Source: Octopus vulgaris (taxonomy: Eukaryota). From it: DNA of 64,000 bases. Position numbers and translations under genes: made by a program. The DNA lies in NCBI GenBank assembly GCA_951406725.2, contig OX597815.1:137764001-137828000 (forward strand). The letters run 5' to 3'. The notes under the pieces were generated by a model that saw nothing but the letters and a program-made list of their open reading frames with translations, was not told the origin of the DNA and did no database searches. Within the stretch, counting starts at the first letter, position 1; each line of letters starts with the position of its first letter. Below, one piece after another: positions 26,301 to 38,170 of this stretch.

Positions 26301-29300
26301 TAGGAAGTAAACAGAAAAGATAGTATGTGTAAGTGGTAATCACCAGTATATAGAAACAAACAAACATTATAATAATAATTTCTTTCTAATAGACAAATAT
26401 GTATATATATTTGATTAGTCTAATTCAAGAAAATTATTGAAATCTCTTTCATTTACATTATAAGGCTGGATTCACAACCATGATCTCTAGAAACCATAAA
26501 AAGTAACATAAATACGGTACTGAGTCCTAGAACTTATAGGGGTGGTTATCCAGTTTCCATGGTGTATAAGTGACTGAGATCGCAACATTCCTGTGAACTG
26601 GGCACCAGTTCATTGCAGGGTTACTCACTGCTGGTTAGACTGAAGCAATGTGAAATGAAACATTTTGCTCGAGAACACAACATGTCACCAAGTCCTGGAG
26701 TCAAAACCACAATCTTGTGATGGTATGTGTAACATCCTAAGCACCAGACCATGCATCTTCACAGAAACTGTAAAACTGGCAGCCAATTGTTGGAGAAAAC
26801 TGAATAATGCCAAACAAAAGCTGAAACTTTAATTAATCAATCAATATGATGGATTAAAAAACAATTCACTTTACAAACAAACAATATATACTTACCAGGA
26901 ATATTTTGATTGTTAGCTATTTTCTCATAGAGTTGGCTTTTTAATTCAAGAGCTTTTCTGGAAAAGAAATATTGTTTTCATTGTACATAAAGAAAAATGC
27001 AAATAACAATCACCAATCACTTTTAAACATACCTGAAGCCTTCTTAACTAGAAATATCATTATCCAAACGTCTTGATATAAAGTAAAATTAATACTAATT
27101 TATTTTGTAATTTCTTGACTATTATTGCTCATGGTCTTTTTCTAACCAATTCATAACATTATTTTTCTCCACTTTTATTGTATTTCTTTAAATTCATAAA
27201 AAAAAATCCTAAATTATATTCTCTATCTATTGCAGTAAGTTTATAAATTATTGTGTAGAATTAAGTTTAGTATAGTATAGTAAACTCATTCATCTGTAAC
27301 TACATTTCATTAACTACATTAACAGATTATAGAATATTTTACATAATAGTGAGAACATCATCACCATCATCATTTTAATGTTTATTTTTCCATGCTTGCA
27401 TGGATTAGATGGAATTTGTTGAGGTGAACTTTCAATGACCAGATGCCCTTCCTGTTGCCAACCCTCATATGCTTCCAAGTAAGGTAATATTTCCCCATGA
27501 CCAGACATGTTTCACAAAAAAATCAGAAACGAAGGACACCACTACCATGACATTGACACTCATTTACAACTATCATGCAATATCAGGCAAGGAGACAATA
27601 ACAGGCACACACATACATATCCCCCTCACAGTAATCCCCTTAAATGCTACCATGAAACACACACACACACACCTCCCCCAGGGCTTATAGACCTGTGAAC
27701 TGTATGGTGACCTCAACAGTGCAGATGACATGAAAAAAAGCACCCTTCCTCACTGTAAAGCGGTTGGCATTAGGATGGGCAATCAGCCATAAAAACTATG
27801 CCAAAGCAGATTCGAGCTCAATGCAGTTTTTGGACCCAACAGATCCTGTCAAACCATCCAACTCATTCCAGCATGAAACATGAACATTAAATTATGACAA
27901 TAATACAACAGACTTCTTTCAGTTTCTGTCTCACAAGGCTTTGCTCAACCCAGGGTTATAGAAGAAGACACTCGCCCAAGTCAACGCCTAGTGGGAATGA
28001 ACCTAGAGTGTGATAGGGAAGCAAACTTCTTGCCCCATAGCCATACCAGCACCATTAAATTATATTATATATATCTGCAAAATATCAAAATCAGAAGAAT
28101 TAAGAACCAAGCAACTTTTTAAAATGTTGATAAAAGAAACATGTATGAAAACTGAGAAAATCCTCACCGAGATTTTTCTAATGAGTCCTCTTCTTCTTTC
28201 TTGGCAACATAATCCCTTTTAGCTCGTTCAGCAACTCCACAATTTTTTTTACTCCATATTGTTGTTTTCTGAAGTATGAAAATTACTGATAAATTAAGTA
28301 TAATGATGTGAATCAGCTAATGTAAATTTAATAATAACAGTTTCCATAAAGCTGTATCTACAGAGGATTTTATCTCCTAGTTTTCACTGCAGTGGTACTT
28401 TGCTCTTCCTTCTGCCCATAAATCCTTTTAGTATTTAAACAGGCCATTTCTGACCCAAATATTCTACCTGTTTTATGTTTGAACTGGCAAGGTTCTGTCT
28501 CTCACACCAACCTTACAATATCATTCTAAAAATAAACAGTCTCAAAATCAAAATCTCAAAACTGTGAGATAGCACATGATTAATTCAAAACAATGAGAAT
28601 AAATAGGTATTAAATTTGACAAAGTAAACTGAATGCTAAAGAGTTAATAGCCTACACCATTCCAGAACATGCTAATGAAGCTTCTTTGCCTATGAATTGT
28701 GCTGCACTACAAGATTCCATTATGTCTCCTACAATGCTATTACCTGCTGGCACTTCTATTTTATTCTTTTATGGTTTGGTTTAGTTTAGTTTGGAAATAG
28801 GGAGCTCCTCACGCCATAGGCTCTTGCAGCATCTCTAATATTGATGAGATTGATGTTATTCTTAAGCAACTGCAAGTCAATGTCTGCAGGAAAAATTCAG
28901 AGAAAAGATTCAGCATAGTGGTTACTATGGTACCAGGGGAGGGATAATAAAATATGAATAAGAGGAGGAGAGATGAGTCAAGTAGTCCAGAGTGGAACTG
29001 GTATGAGACCATAGCCACTGTACTAGCAGTAGGTAAAGCAGAGTGAAGAGACAATAAGTTTGTGGACCAAAGGTTGAAGGGTGTTGGTGTTTAACACCAT
29101 ACCAATCAGTCAGGTGGCCCTTTTGGATGCAGCCTAAGATGCTAGTAGGCTTAGCAACTGCACTGTCCTGGTATGGGAGTACTATTCTATTGTGAGTCTA
29201 ACTTGAGCTTGAAGCATTTTTTTATACTAAAGATGAGGGCCAATTTTGGAACACAATCTTTGCTTCTACTCCACCTCCACACACACATTCTCTTATCCAA

Positions 29301-32300
29301 ATAATGCCACCGTTAATACCTCCTTAATGTTTTTCACATAAGCATCATCAGCATTCGGTCTAGACACTTCATGACAGACACTCTGTTTCCATGATCAAAG
29401 ACCATGAATATTTTTCAGTGAATAAATATAACCTAATCTTCCTGGACAGCAGCAAAACATAATCTCTAGACATAGGAAAGAAACAACCTTGCAATAACTA
29501 TACACTTCTCTACACAACTAGGTGGCTACAAATTCCCCACAACTCCTGATGATCCACCATGACAACTACATATCAGTAACATAGATAACACTTCATTCCT
29601 TTAACTAGGTTTCCCCCAAGATTTCAACAATAACTACTTCAGATGTAATTGTCAATAGAGTACTGCATATATATCTAGGACAGTGCAGGCTGCTAAGCAC
29701 ATACAATTATTTTATACTGTATACAAAAGAATAGGATTCATAGGAGGATTGTCAAGACTTACCAATGTACTACAACCACTAGTTCCCATACTGTTTGTTC
29801 ACCCTACCTCTTCTACTGCAATGAACTTTGCCCTCCTGAACTTATAAGTAACATGCCACCTTAGTTAGCTCTACTCCCATTATTCTTACCATTATCCAAA
29901 CAGTCACAGTTATGAGCACTGCTCCTTTCTTTTGATTAATTAAAAATCATCTAAGACTTGGTTCCTAACAAACTTCAAGAGATATTATTATGAAATATTT
30001 TGTATCCTTTATCCCTCTCTCTCTCTCTCTCTGTCTTGGTCTCTGCCATATTAACTTTTATGCATTTGGATTCTGAATATACTTCCAGATTTGAAAGTTT
30101 TTCTGAAGATATTTGACAAATTCTTTGTGAGCCAAGAAATAAGTATATAAATCTTCCGAAAGATGTTGAAATCTTCAACTCTGTATCTACTACATAAAGA
30201 ATTTTGAATGTGGAGAAAAAGGTTGAAGACAGAACCCATCAGTGTACTAAATTCACCTCAATTTTCTTCACAAAAAATTTATACACAGTCTAAACTTCTC
30301 TTACAAACAATTCAGCAACTCTTAGTTATTTTTAAGTGCAACCAACCCTTAATTTCTCACAAAATTTTGCTGGAAACATAGAAGTACTTACTTTTGCAGT
30401 TGTTTTCCCTTTAATGCAATTAGTTGATGCAAATTTAAGTTTTTCTTTCTTGAACTCTTCTTGTTTCCTAAAAAGTTCTGCTTTCAGTTCAATCAACTAT
30501 GAAAAATATTACATCAAAAGTAGGAATTATTAAATGAAAAAACTATTAACAGTCAATATGTAACAAAATATCCTGAAAAAAAAGTAAATAAAAATATATT
30601 ATTAAAAGTAAATTATTCATAAAATTTACTCTTACAGTAAATTTATTTATCAGATTAGTAAGTATAAATGCCCAAAACAATTTTCACATGAGTGAAATCA
30701 AAGTCATGGCCAATGCCAGAGCCACCCATGCCAGTGGAACATAAAAGGCATCATTCAAGCATGGCTGATGTCAGTGCCATCTGACTGGCACCTGTGCCGG
30801 TGGTACATAAAAGGCAACATTTGAGCATGACTGATGCCAGTGTCACCTGACTGGCACCCCACATAAAAAGCACTATTCAAACGTAGCTGATGCCAGTACC
30901 ATCTGACTAGCTCCTGTGCTGGTTGCATATAAAAAGCACCCACTACACTCTCAGAGTGGTTGGCATTAGGAAGGGCAACGAGCTGTAGAAATTTTGCCAA
31001 ATCAGATTGGTGCCTGGTGCAGCCTCCCAGCTTGCCTGTTGGATGGATAAATAGATTCAAACAGACATTAAACGATAACAATAACGATGATCTTATATAT
31101 ATATACACACACTTGTGTGTGTGTCTTTGTTCCCCATATTTACATCCCCGTAACTTAGCATTTGGCAAACAGAGAATGATAGAATAAGTATCAGGTTAAG
31201 AAAAAAGTATTGGGGTCGATTTGTTCATCTAAACTAGTGGTTCCCAAACTTTTACGGGCTGCCACCCTTTTGACAACCAGGCCACATTCCTAGTGCCTCC
31301 ACCCCAACTAACCATCACAAGCATAGACCTTCCTGAAACAAATTCAAAGCAACTGTATTTCACAAATAAAACTTAACCTAATGAACCCATTATTTTGTTG
31401 TTTTTACATGAATTCTCTAACTCATTATCGCCCTACTTTTTATATGAATCACTACCCCCTTACCACCTCACTTTTCTTCAACGCTCCCTAGGAACTTTTC
31501 ACTGCCCCCACGAGTCAATACCGCCCACTTTGGGAACCACTGATCTAAACTCTTCAAGTGGTGCACCAGTATGGCCATGGTCTGGTGACTGAGACAATTA
31601 GAAGATAGAAGATAAAATATCTGGGACATTATTACTGTTTTTACTTCTACTTTTCCACACTAGCATGGATTGGACAGATTGTCATAGATCAAGTCAGTTC
31701 TTATTTGGAGTTACTGTCTCTTCAGACCGGTTGGAGACCATGTCTCACATGTACATTCATTTTTAGCATGCTCTCTATGATTTAATGCTTTTCCTAGCGC
31801 TATCCACTCTACAGTGAGTACTGTGTACTTACCATAGAGAAATAGTCATCCCCTTCAAAAGACTTGATAGTCCTTTTGCTTAATGTTGTCCCTGTTCATT
31901 TGTTTTACATAGTGTATTGAATACATTTTATGATGAACCAGCACTAGAAAGGTTGTTTTGTTCCCAACAAGACTAAACAGGCCTCTCTGCTTTAAGTTGC
32001 TTCTGTTCATTCATTCACAAGCACCAGAAGACTGTCTTCTCAATGGCATGTAGAAAAGAGAGGAAAGTAATGAGAAGAGAGGGAATGATAGACAGCTATA
32101 TGAGGCTTGTTGGTAAGGTGATTTAACAGGAACAGGGTGAATAGTATGGTAGGTGTGATAGAAAATGGGTGATAGAAGAGGGAGTACTGGATAGTGGCAG
32201 CTCGTGTATAGGCACTGTGGAACTGCAGCACCCCCTATTTCCACTCGATATTATTGATAACATTCTTTATACTTTTAACATTCTTTATTGATAACATTCT

Positions 32301-34652
32301 TTCTTTATACTTGTACATTATATAATCCTTAATTTTAATGTCAGTAGCCATCCCCTAGTTTATGAAAAAAATACTAAAATTTTTGGATAGAACTGTGTGC
32401 TTCACAGTTCCAGTGATACAGTGTTTGGCTGTTGTGCACATGCTCACATGTCCAAGATAGAAAGTTGCATGCTAGGGAGAGAGAGAGCACTGTAGTTCAG
32501 GCAATGCCGACCCTGATGAAAGGTAGTGTTTCTTTTTGACTCCACATGTGTTGTGTTTAAAAATGTGTTTATATTCTTGAATAAATATGATAAAGTGTAG
32601 AATCAGATTATTATCCTGCTTCCAGATAGTGTAGCTGACAGGATTTGAAAAATAAGGCAGATTTTCCCCGCTTATTTTGTGATTTAGGGGGTATTTTTGA
32701 AAAACAAAGAGGAATTCACGGTGGTGTTCAGTGAATAAATTAAACATACTACCCAGCAGTGGCTAAAATGTGAACCGATCAAGTTTATGTATAAATATTT
32801 TTTTTATATGTTTCTTTCCTTTTACACAATATTAAAACAACAACTAAAAATTTTCTGAAGCAGCACCCCAACTAATTTCAACTATGAGCCACCACTGGTA
32901 CTGGGAGAGAGAGTAATGACTGAAGTGAGACACAGTGATGCAACTATTTTATTTAATGTCTTTTGGCAGGGGGGCAGGGTTAAAGACAGTAGGGTGTAAT
33001 TTACAGTAAATTTAGTTGCTGTTTCTTGTAGGCTGTCCTGCTTGTCACATTTTTTTCTACAAGCACCAGTCTGAAAAAGTTCAAATTGATCATTGAATTC
33101 ACATGTTTGGGAAAGCCTGCAAGGAACATAGCTGCTGCCACATCTTCCTCCTCCTCCAACTGAATAATAGAGGTCAGAAATGTGTCTTAGAGGACCTGCA
33201 AAAGTCATAGGCACAACCCTTTCTCCAGGCAAATCTATTCACATTTGAGACAATGGACTACATAAAAAAAATCCATCTGAGACAAGCGTTTATTCCTTGA
33301 GAAAATATAGGAGACTCTATGTAGTTATCCTACCAGCTAGAAATGGTATTCTACAGTCTCATAAAAGATATATTACATAATGTTGTCAGAGATTACTGAA
33401 CAAGGCAAGATTATAGTCTGAACACTTTAGGTCGTAGGTCTGCTGACATGGAGCTGCACAAAAAAACATTCATTCTTATAACTTTAGCAGCTACATCTTT
33501 TATCTTTTACTTGTTTCAGTCATTGGACTTTAGCCATGCTGGGGCACCACTTTGAAGGGTACAGTCAAACAAATCGACTCCTGTACTAATTTTTAAAATC
33601 TGGTATTTATTTTACTGATATCTTTTGTTGAACTGCTTAGTTCGGGACGTAAACAGATCAACATTGGTTGACAAACAAAAACACATATATATATATATAT
33701 AGGGATGGTATTATTAAAATACCATCACAAGTGGTAGGCGAATTATCAGCCGTACAGGCAAATTAATAAAATATATACATACAATATTAGATATGTACAT
33801 ATACACACAAGGGTACTACATGAGTAAATTAGCGATATAGGTACTCATGTACTACCCTTGTATATATATGTACATATCTAATATTGTATATATATATATA
33901 TATGTATACGCACACACACAACGGGCTTCCACACAGTTTCCGTCTACAAAATTCACTAAGGCATTGGTCGATCCGGGGTTACTTGCCCAAGGTACCGTGC
34001 AGTGAAACTGAACCCGAAACCGTCTGATCGCAAACCACACTGCCATGCCAATGCCTATTGAAACTCTTTTTCTTTCTCCCATGATTTCACCAAAGGAGGA
34101 ACAAGCAGTATCTATGGTCTTTTTTTTTTAATATTTTCCGAGTCTTTCGGGAGGAACAGAGGGAGACCAGATACCGAAGGTACCAGTTAACTGAGTAAAA
34201 GATTATGTCTATCAACTTCAATTTTCAAGGCTTCTGTTCACCCGAAGTTATTATAGAAGACACTTGCTGAAGGTGCTGCGTAGTAGGATTGAACCTAAAA
34301 GCATGTCGTTGTAAAGCAAACTTCTTAATATCTGCACCCTCCCAGAACTGCTAGTTTATCATCATACTCTGCATTTATTCATTCCTTCTTCCTAAGAGCT
34401 GCATTCCTTTAGAATTGTTTCCTCCTACTGGTTACTATTATATTAGTTTTATTGTGTAACATTGTTCACTTATTTTTCGTTTTATACAATTATGAAAATA
34501 CACACGAGGTAAAATTGAAAAAAAAATATTAAACTCTGGTGTCATAATCATTTCATGTGCAATATTTAGTGAAATATTCAATTACATACCCCAGCTGAAC
34601 TAACGTTAGACATTTTACTTTCTACACAGAAACACGACTTTGCAGATGCCAT
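16721..34652 (-). CDS. CCDC174: Coiled-coil domain-containing protein 174, complete 11-exon gene, 1680-nt CDS, about 559 aa
   Basis: Conserved blocks LIELKAELFRKQEEFK, IWSKKN, FLVDFQKK, WIEYTDSLGRTR, GPIHYENVR, HGVGYFRFS, REWDIGK, FAPP; all introns GT-AG with matching phases. Confidence 0.95.
17617..17739 (-). CDS. CCDC174: CCDC174 exon 10 (123 bp)
   Basis: LDENLKQENE...MREWDIGKD|gtaagg; alternative in-frame acceptor 6 nt inside. Confidence 0.85.
19311..19446 (-). CDS. CCDC174: CCDC174 exon 9 (136 bp)
   Basis: TKDERTKRELLKEKRDAMMAARLKKVK...EEPTT|gtatga. Confidence 0.9.
22014..22108 (-). CDS. CCDC174: CCDC174 exon 8 (95 bp)
   Basis: VRTHGVGYFRFSKEEVERKEQMNLLNTLRDQ|gtaaat. Confidence 0.92.
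23781..23953 (-). CDS. CCDC174: CCDC174 exon 7 (173 bp)
   Basis: KNSEEIQ...HEKWDAEERKAVEGPIGPIHYENVRFD|gtaaca. Confidence 0.9.
24040..24410 (+). mobile_element. tRNA-derived SINE, second family (related copies near 12800, 20560, 21630, 23420, 25375, 27910, 33920, 40510, 61590)
   Basis: TGGCTGAGTTGTTAAGAAG A-box-like head, GGTTTAGTTCC B-box-like, shared CCTTGGGCAAGTGT...CTACTATAG core. Confidence 0.75.
24814..24915 (-). CDS. CCDC174: CCDC174 exon 6 (102 bp)
   Basis: IEYTDSLGRTRTCLKKDLKFMQERDKEFGLLPT|gtaaat. Confidence 0.92.
25918..26056 (-). CDS. CCDC174: CCDC174 exon 5 (139 bp)
   Basis: EDGSQIFLVDFQKKAIDK...DDPEEQ(W)|gtaaac. Confidence 0.9.
26896..26957 (-). CDS. CCDC174: CCDC174 exon 4 (62 bp)
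   Basis: KALELKSQLYEKIANNQNIP|gtaagt. Confidence 0.9.
28168..28268 (-). CDS. CCDC174: CCDC174 exon 3 (101 bp)
   Basis: KTTIWSKKNCGVAERAKRD...LEKS|gtgagg. Confidence 0.92.
28423..28643. mobile_element. piggyBac-type MITE, family A, inverted and older
   Basis: Reverse complement of 2837-3056; ends AATGCTAAAGAG|TTAA. Confidence 0.75.
30392..30496 (-). CDS. CCDC174: CCDC174 exon 2 (105 bp)
   Basis: LIELKAELFRKQEEFKKEKLK...TTAK|gtaagt. Confidence 0.93.
30690..31090 (+). mobile_element. RTE-tail element with internal ~60-65-bp tandem units
   Basis: Four variants of GGTGGCACGTAAAAAGCAC followed by the GGTTGGCATTAGGAAGGGCA tail. Confidence 0.8.
31235..31542. mobile_element. hAT (Charlie/MER5-like) MITE, 308 bp, nested in a SINE
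   Basis: TIRs TAGTGGTTCCCAAA / TTTGGGAACCACTG; perfect 8-bp TSD ATCTAAAC at 31227-31234 and 31543-31550. Confidence 0.92.
33771..33897. repeat. Long inverted repeat (arms ~50 bp, 15-nt loop)
   Basis: TACAATATTAGATATGTACAT...AAGGGTACTACATGAGTA / TACTCATGTACTACCCTT...ATGTACATATCTAATATTGTA. Confidence 0.9.
34590..34652 (-). CDS. CCDC174: CCDC174 coding exon 1 (63 bp)
   Basis: MASAKSCFCVESKMSNVSSAG|gtatgt; phase 0 joins exon 2; second in-frame ATG at 34613; locally CpG-richer surroundings. Confidence 0.78.
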
Positions 34653-35672
34653 CAGTAAATTCGTAGTCGTAAAACTTTGTTTATATTTATATAGCGAGTA
34701 TTTTTATAAAATAATAAACTCTTACTATATAAGTAAAAAATAAATTAAGTATACACATAGCTCTCTCATAGTAGTCTCATTTTTTTTAAAGTTAACTATT
34801 TTAGTATATTAAGTTTAACAACGAATTGTGTGTTTACGTCTTTAGTGCGAATTGATTTCTGTATAACTGTTTAACTGATTTCGATGTGGATGAAATTGTT
34901 TACTGCGGTCTTTTATTATCTTTCCCAGCTGTTTTAGCAATGAAATTTAAGTGTTTTAATTGATGGTATATACAGGACTCAGTTACTCACTATCCCTTTG
35001 ATTTTATTAGATATAATAATTTCAATATGTCACTATTCTTCTCATCGAGTCTACCATACGCATTCAACCAAATTTTGTTTAGCTACTTGTTAAAGTATTC
35101 AATTAAGATTGGTTATAGATACTGTAGTCGCACTTTCTTAAAATAGTGAAATGACACCTTCTACAAAAAGCATTAAAATATTTTTCTGTCACAGCATTCT
35201 CTAAACCATACACTGGTCTTATTTAAACCTTTATGACTATAATACACCATGTCATGATTATGTATACTACTTTCTACTAAAAGTTTGTAACATGGAAATC
35301 TGACAATACAATTTTAATGGTTTGCTGTTCAACATAGCAGTGCAATTTCTGATTTCTTTTTATTTTCGCCCTACTTATTTCAAACCATTACACATTTGCT
35401 AGTATATTGCATCATTAATTTAAACTATTGCTTTATCTTTGGGAGTAAAAATTGGTCAGCATAGTTGTTGAAAATAAGCGTTTGAAATATAGTCAAGTGA
35501 CAGGTATCTTTCTAAAGAAATTTTTCTTCAATTTTGACCCGATTGTAATTGAGGTTACTAATAAAATATAGGGATAACATTTGATGTTTAACAATCAAAG
35601 TTCTTTTCTCTGTCAATTTTCCGCCACACAAATGTCTAATTAAATAATTTTCAAATTCAAAAAGATGATGTC

Positions 35673-36275
35673 TAGAATGGGGCAAAATGAGTAATGGCTA
35701 ATTTCAATTTCTTTAACTGCATGATGCATAAATATATCAGGAAGAGAGCCACTTAAGCAGATCGTGAAGAAGAATATTTTATGCTGAGTTTTTAGATTTG
35801 GTCAAATTTCGTTAATTTCATACCGTTTACTATTTTTCCATGAGCTCCTTCCAATTGATCTAGATGTTTTAAATTTTTGTTGCATTTTTAATCTTGAGTC
35901 TTTTTTTCTAAATGTAATACTGAAGCGGCAAATTTACCCTATCTTGTTTTACTCATTTTGCCCCGGCTAAATTTGTCTTTTACATGCTCAAAAAGAACGG
36001 AGATAATTTTCTGAAAAAGTGTTCTGAATATGTTACAGTATTTGGCAGAGGTAAAGAATACGTACACCACCCATTTTCGGCGTAACAAAAATCCTAACCC
36101 TAACCCTAAACACCCGGTGTAAGTATTCTTTACTTTCGCCTAGTGTTTTTAATTCATTTAGAGAAGGTCATTGCTTAAATCATAGTTTTTGCAAAGTAGT
36201 GAGCACTTATAGAAAATCTATTTCTTCTCAAAGTCAAAAAATGTAGTAAATATTACTCATTGTCTCCTCCACCTA
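35673..36275. mobile_element. Non-autonomous DNA-transposon remnant with repeated GGGGCAAAATGAGTAA motif
   Basis: Perfect 16-bp inverted repeat 35679-35694 / 35949-35964 and a third degenerate copy near 36253; outer limits approximate. Confidence 0.55.
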
Positions 36276-36340
36276 TATTGTTTTCAATACTACATATAAT
36301 GTTAGATTATTCCTATCTTTTCGTTTTGACTTGCAGGGCT

Positions 36341-36720
36341 GTCATTGTTTTTAGTTAATTTCCGTAAAAACATTTTATTTATATACTTTTGTTTTAAACT
36401 GAAAGAGAGGAGAAGGTGAAAGATGTGTGAGAGTGAATGAAGAGGTGTGTTGTCATGTGTACGTACATACATAAATACATCTTTTTTGTATGTGTGTGTG
36501 TGAGAGAGTGATGCCTAAGTGGCACTCACTTTCTCTCTCCCTCTCACTCACACACACATACAAAAAAGATGAATGCATATGTATGTATGTATACATGACA
36601 ACACGCACCTTTCTCTCTCTCTCTCACACACACGTACACATCTTTCACTTTCTCCTCTTTCATTTTAAAACAAAAATAAATAAATTTTTAAAAATTTACG
36701 GAAATGAACGAACAATCATA
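36341..36720. repeat. Imperfect ~380-bp fold-back (palindromic) element
   Basis: TTTCCGTAAA/TTTACGGAAA, GTGAAAGATGTG/CACATCTTTCAC, GTGTTGTCATG/CATGACAACAC, CATCTTTTTTGTATGTGTG/CACACATACAAAAAAGATG nest symmetrically around ~36517. Confidence 0.88.
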
Positions 36721-37053
36721 TGGTCTCATATCATCGGATTTTGACAGTTCTGAGGGCTATATCGAAAGAACACTGAAGAATTATAATTTCAGTATATAAT
36801 AAACAAAACTGCTGAATATAATTTAACAACAGTTTTATTTACATTCCATACTGGTAGCTAAATCAATATATCTGATACAGGCTACAGCAACCATTATAAT
36901 TAGAGCATAGCACAAGACTCCGATTTCAACATTTAAAAAAATAATGCAACCAAAATGAATTTACAAATAGACTCATTGGAGTAAATATTAACAAAATTAA
37001 CATGAATATAACATTCTACAAGTTTATTGATGAGTTTTATGCTTACAAACACA

Positions 37054-38170
37054 CACAGGGTTCAAAAGGTTTTGAGGATATTTACCACTTAAGAGGTTTT
37101 TATTTCTTTCAGATCCCCAATAACAAATAAAATGCTACCACAAGAAATGAAAAGATATGCACTCATTGTTGCCATATGTGTTGAATACGACAATTTACAA
37201 ATTGTCAACTTTCTAAAACCTGGGAGAGCTTTTGTACATAAATCAGATGGAATACTCTGGCGGGAATGTTTTAACTGTCAAAGAAAAAAGAAACATTTTT
37301 AAACTTTCAGATACAAGGGTACTGCAGTTCATCCAATGGGTTCAAAATATTATCTATGGTGATCCCTGAAAATCAATGTGGACCATTGCTAAATAACTTC
37401 AGCTGTCAGGGTGAACTATCAGAACTGTAGCACATGAGAACATTCAATGTAAGTTGTATGTAATGTGGAGAAGCCAATTCATATCTGCAAAGACACAGGG
37501 TCCATGCCAAACAGCTAATTACCAAGGTTAAAAACCATCATGAACGTAGTATACTTTGGTTCTTTTCTGAAGAGAAAAACTCTAAAATGAAAAGTCTAAC
37601 AAGACAAATGGCATAATTATGTGCAAATCCTGGTATCCTCAGAGTGATGCACATTAAGTTTACAGCAACTGGAAACCATCTGAATATTGGAAAAGAGTTA
37701 CCTATATCATGATGATTTACACCAGGTGTCAAAATTCCAAAATCATGATTACTATTCAATGTTCTGTCAACACTGTAATGCTTGTAAGACATGATATGAA
37801 CAGCTGCAATGGAAACTATGGAGCCATGGCCAACAGGAAGGAACACAGCAGGCATTTTGACTGCATCTGCATGCTGGGATTCATTCCCACAATTTCGAAG
37901 AGGGTCTTAGGCTTAATTCAGATGATTACGTGAAGCTTCTGGAGACTGTGGTATCAAAATGGCCACGTCATGACTGCTGCTCAGTGCTCTGTGGATACTG
38001 TAAAGGCTGTAAGATGTGACATCAACAGCTGCAATGGAGACGATGAAGCCATGGCTAGCAGGCATTCTAACTGCACCTACTCACCAGAATTCATCCTCAC
38101 ATCTTTGAAGAGGGCCTTAGACTCAATTCAGATGGCTATATGAAGTTGCTGGTGACTAGTCAAAACCTGA
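37054..38170 (+). mobile_element. Decayed Tc1/mariner-superfamily transposase remnants (maT/DD37D-like)
   Basis: Piecewise + translation KSMWTIAK.LQLS..TIRTVAHENI, LWFFSEEKN, VMHIKFTAT, GLRLNSDDYVKLLETV; many stops and frameshifts; subfamily is inference. Confidence 0.7.
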
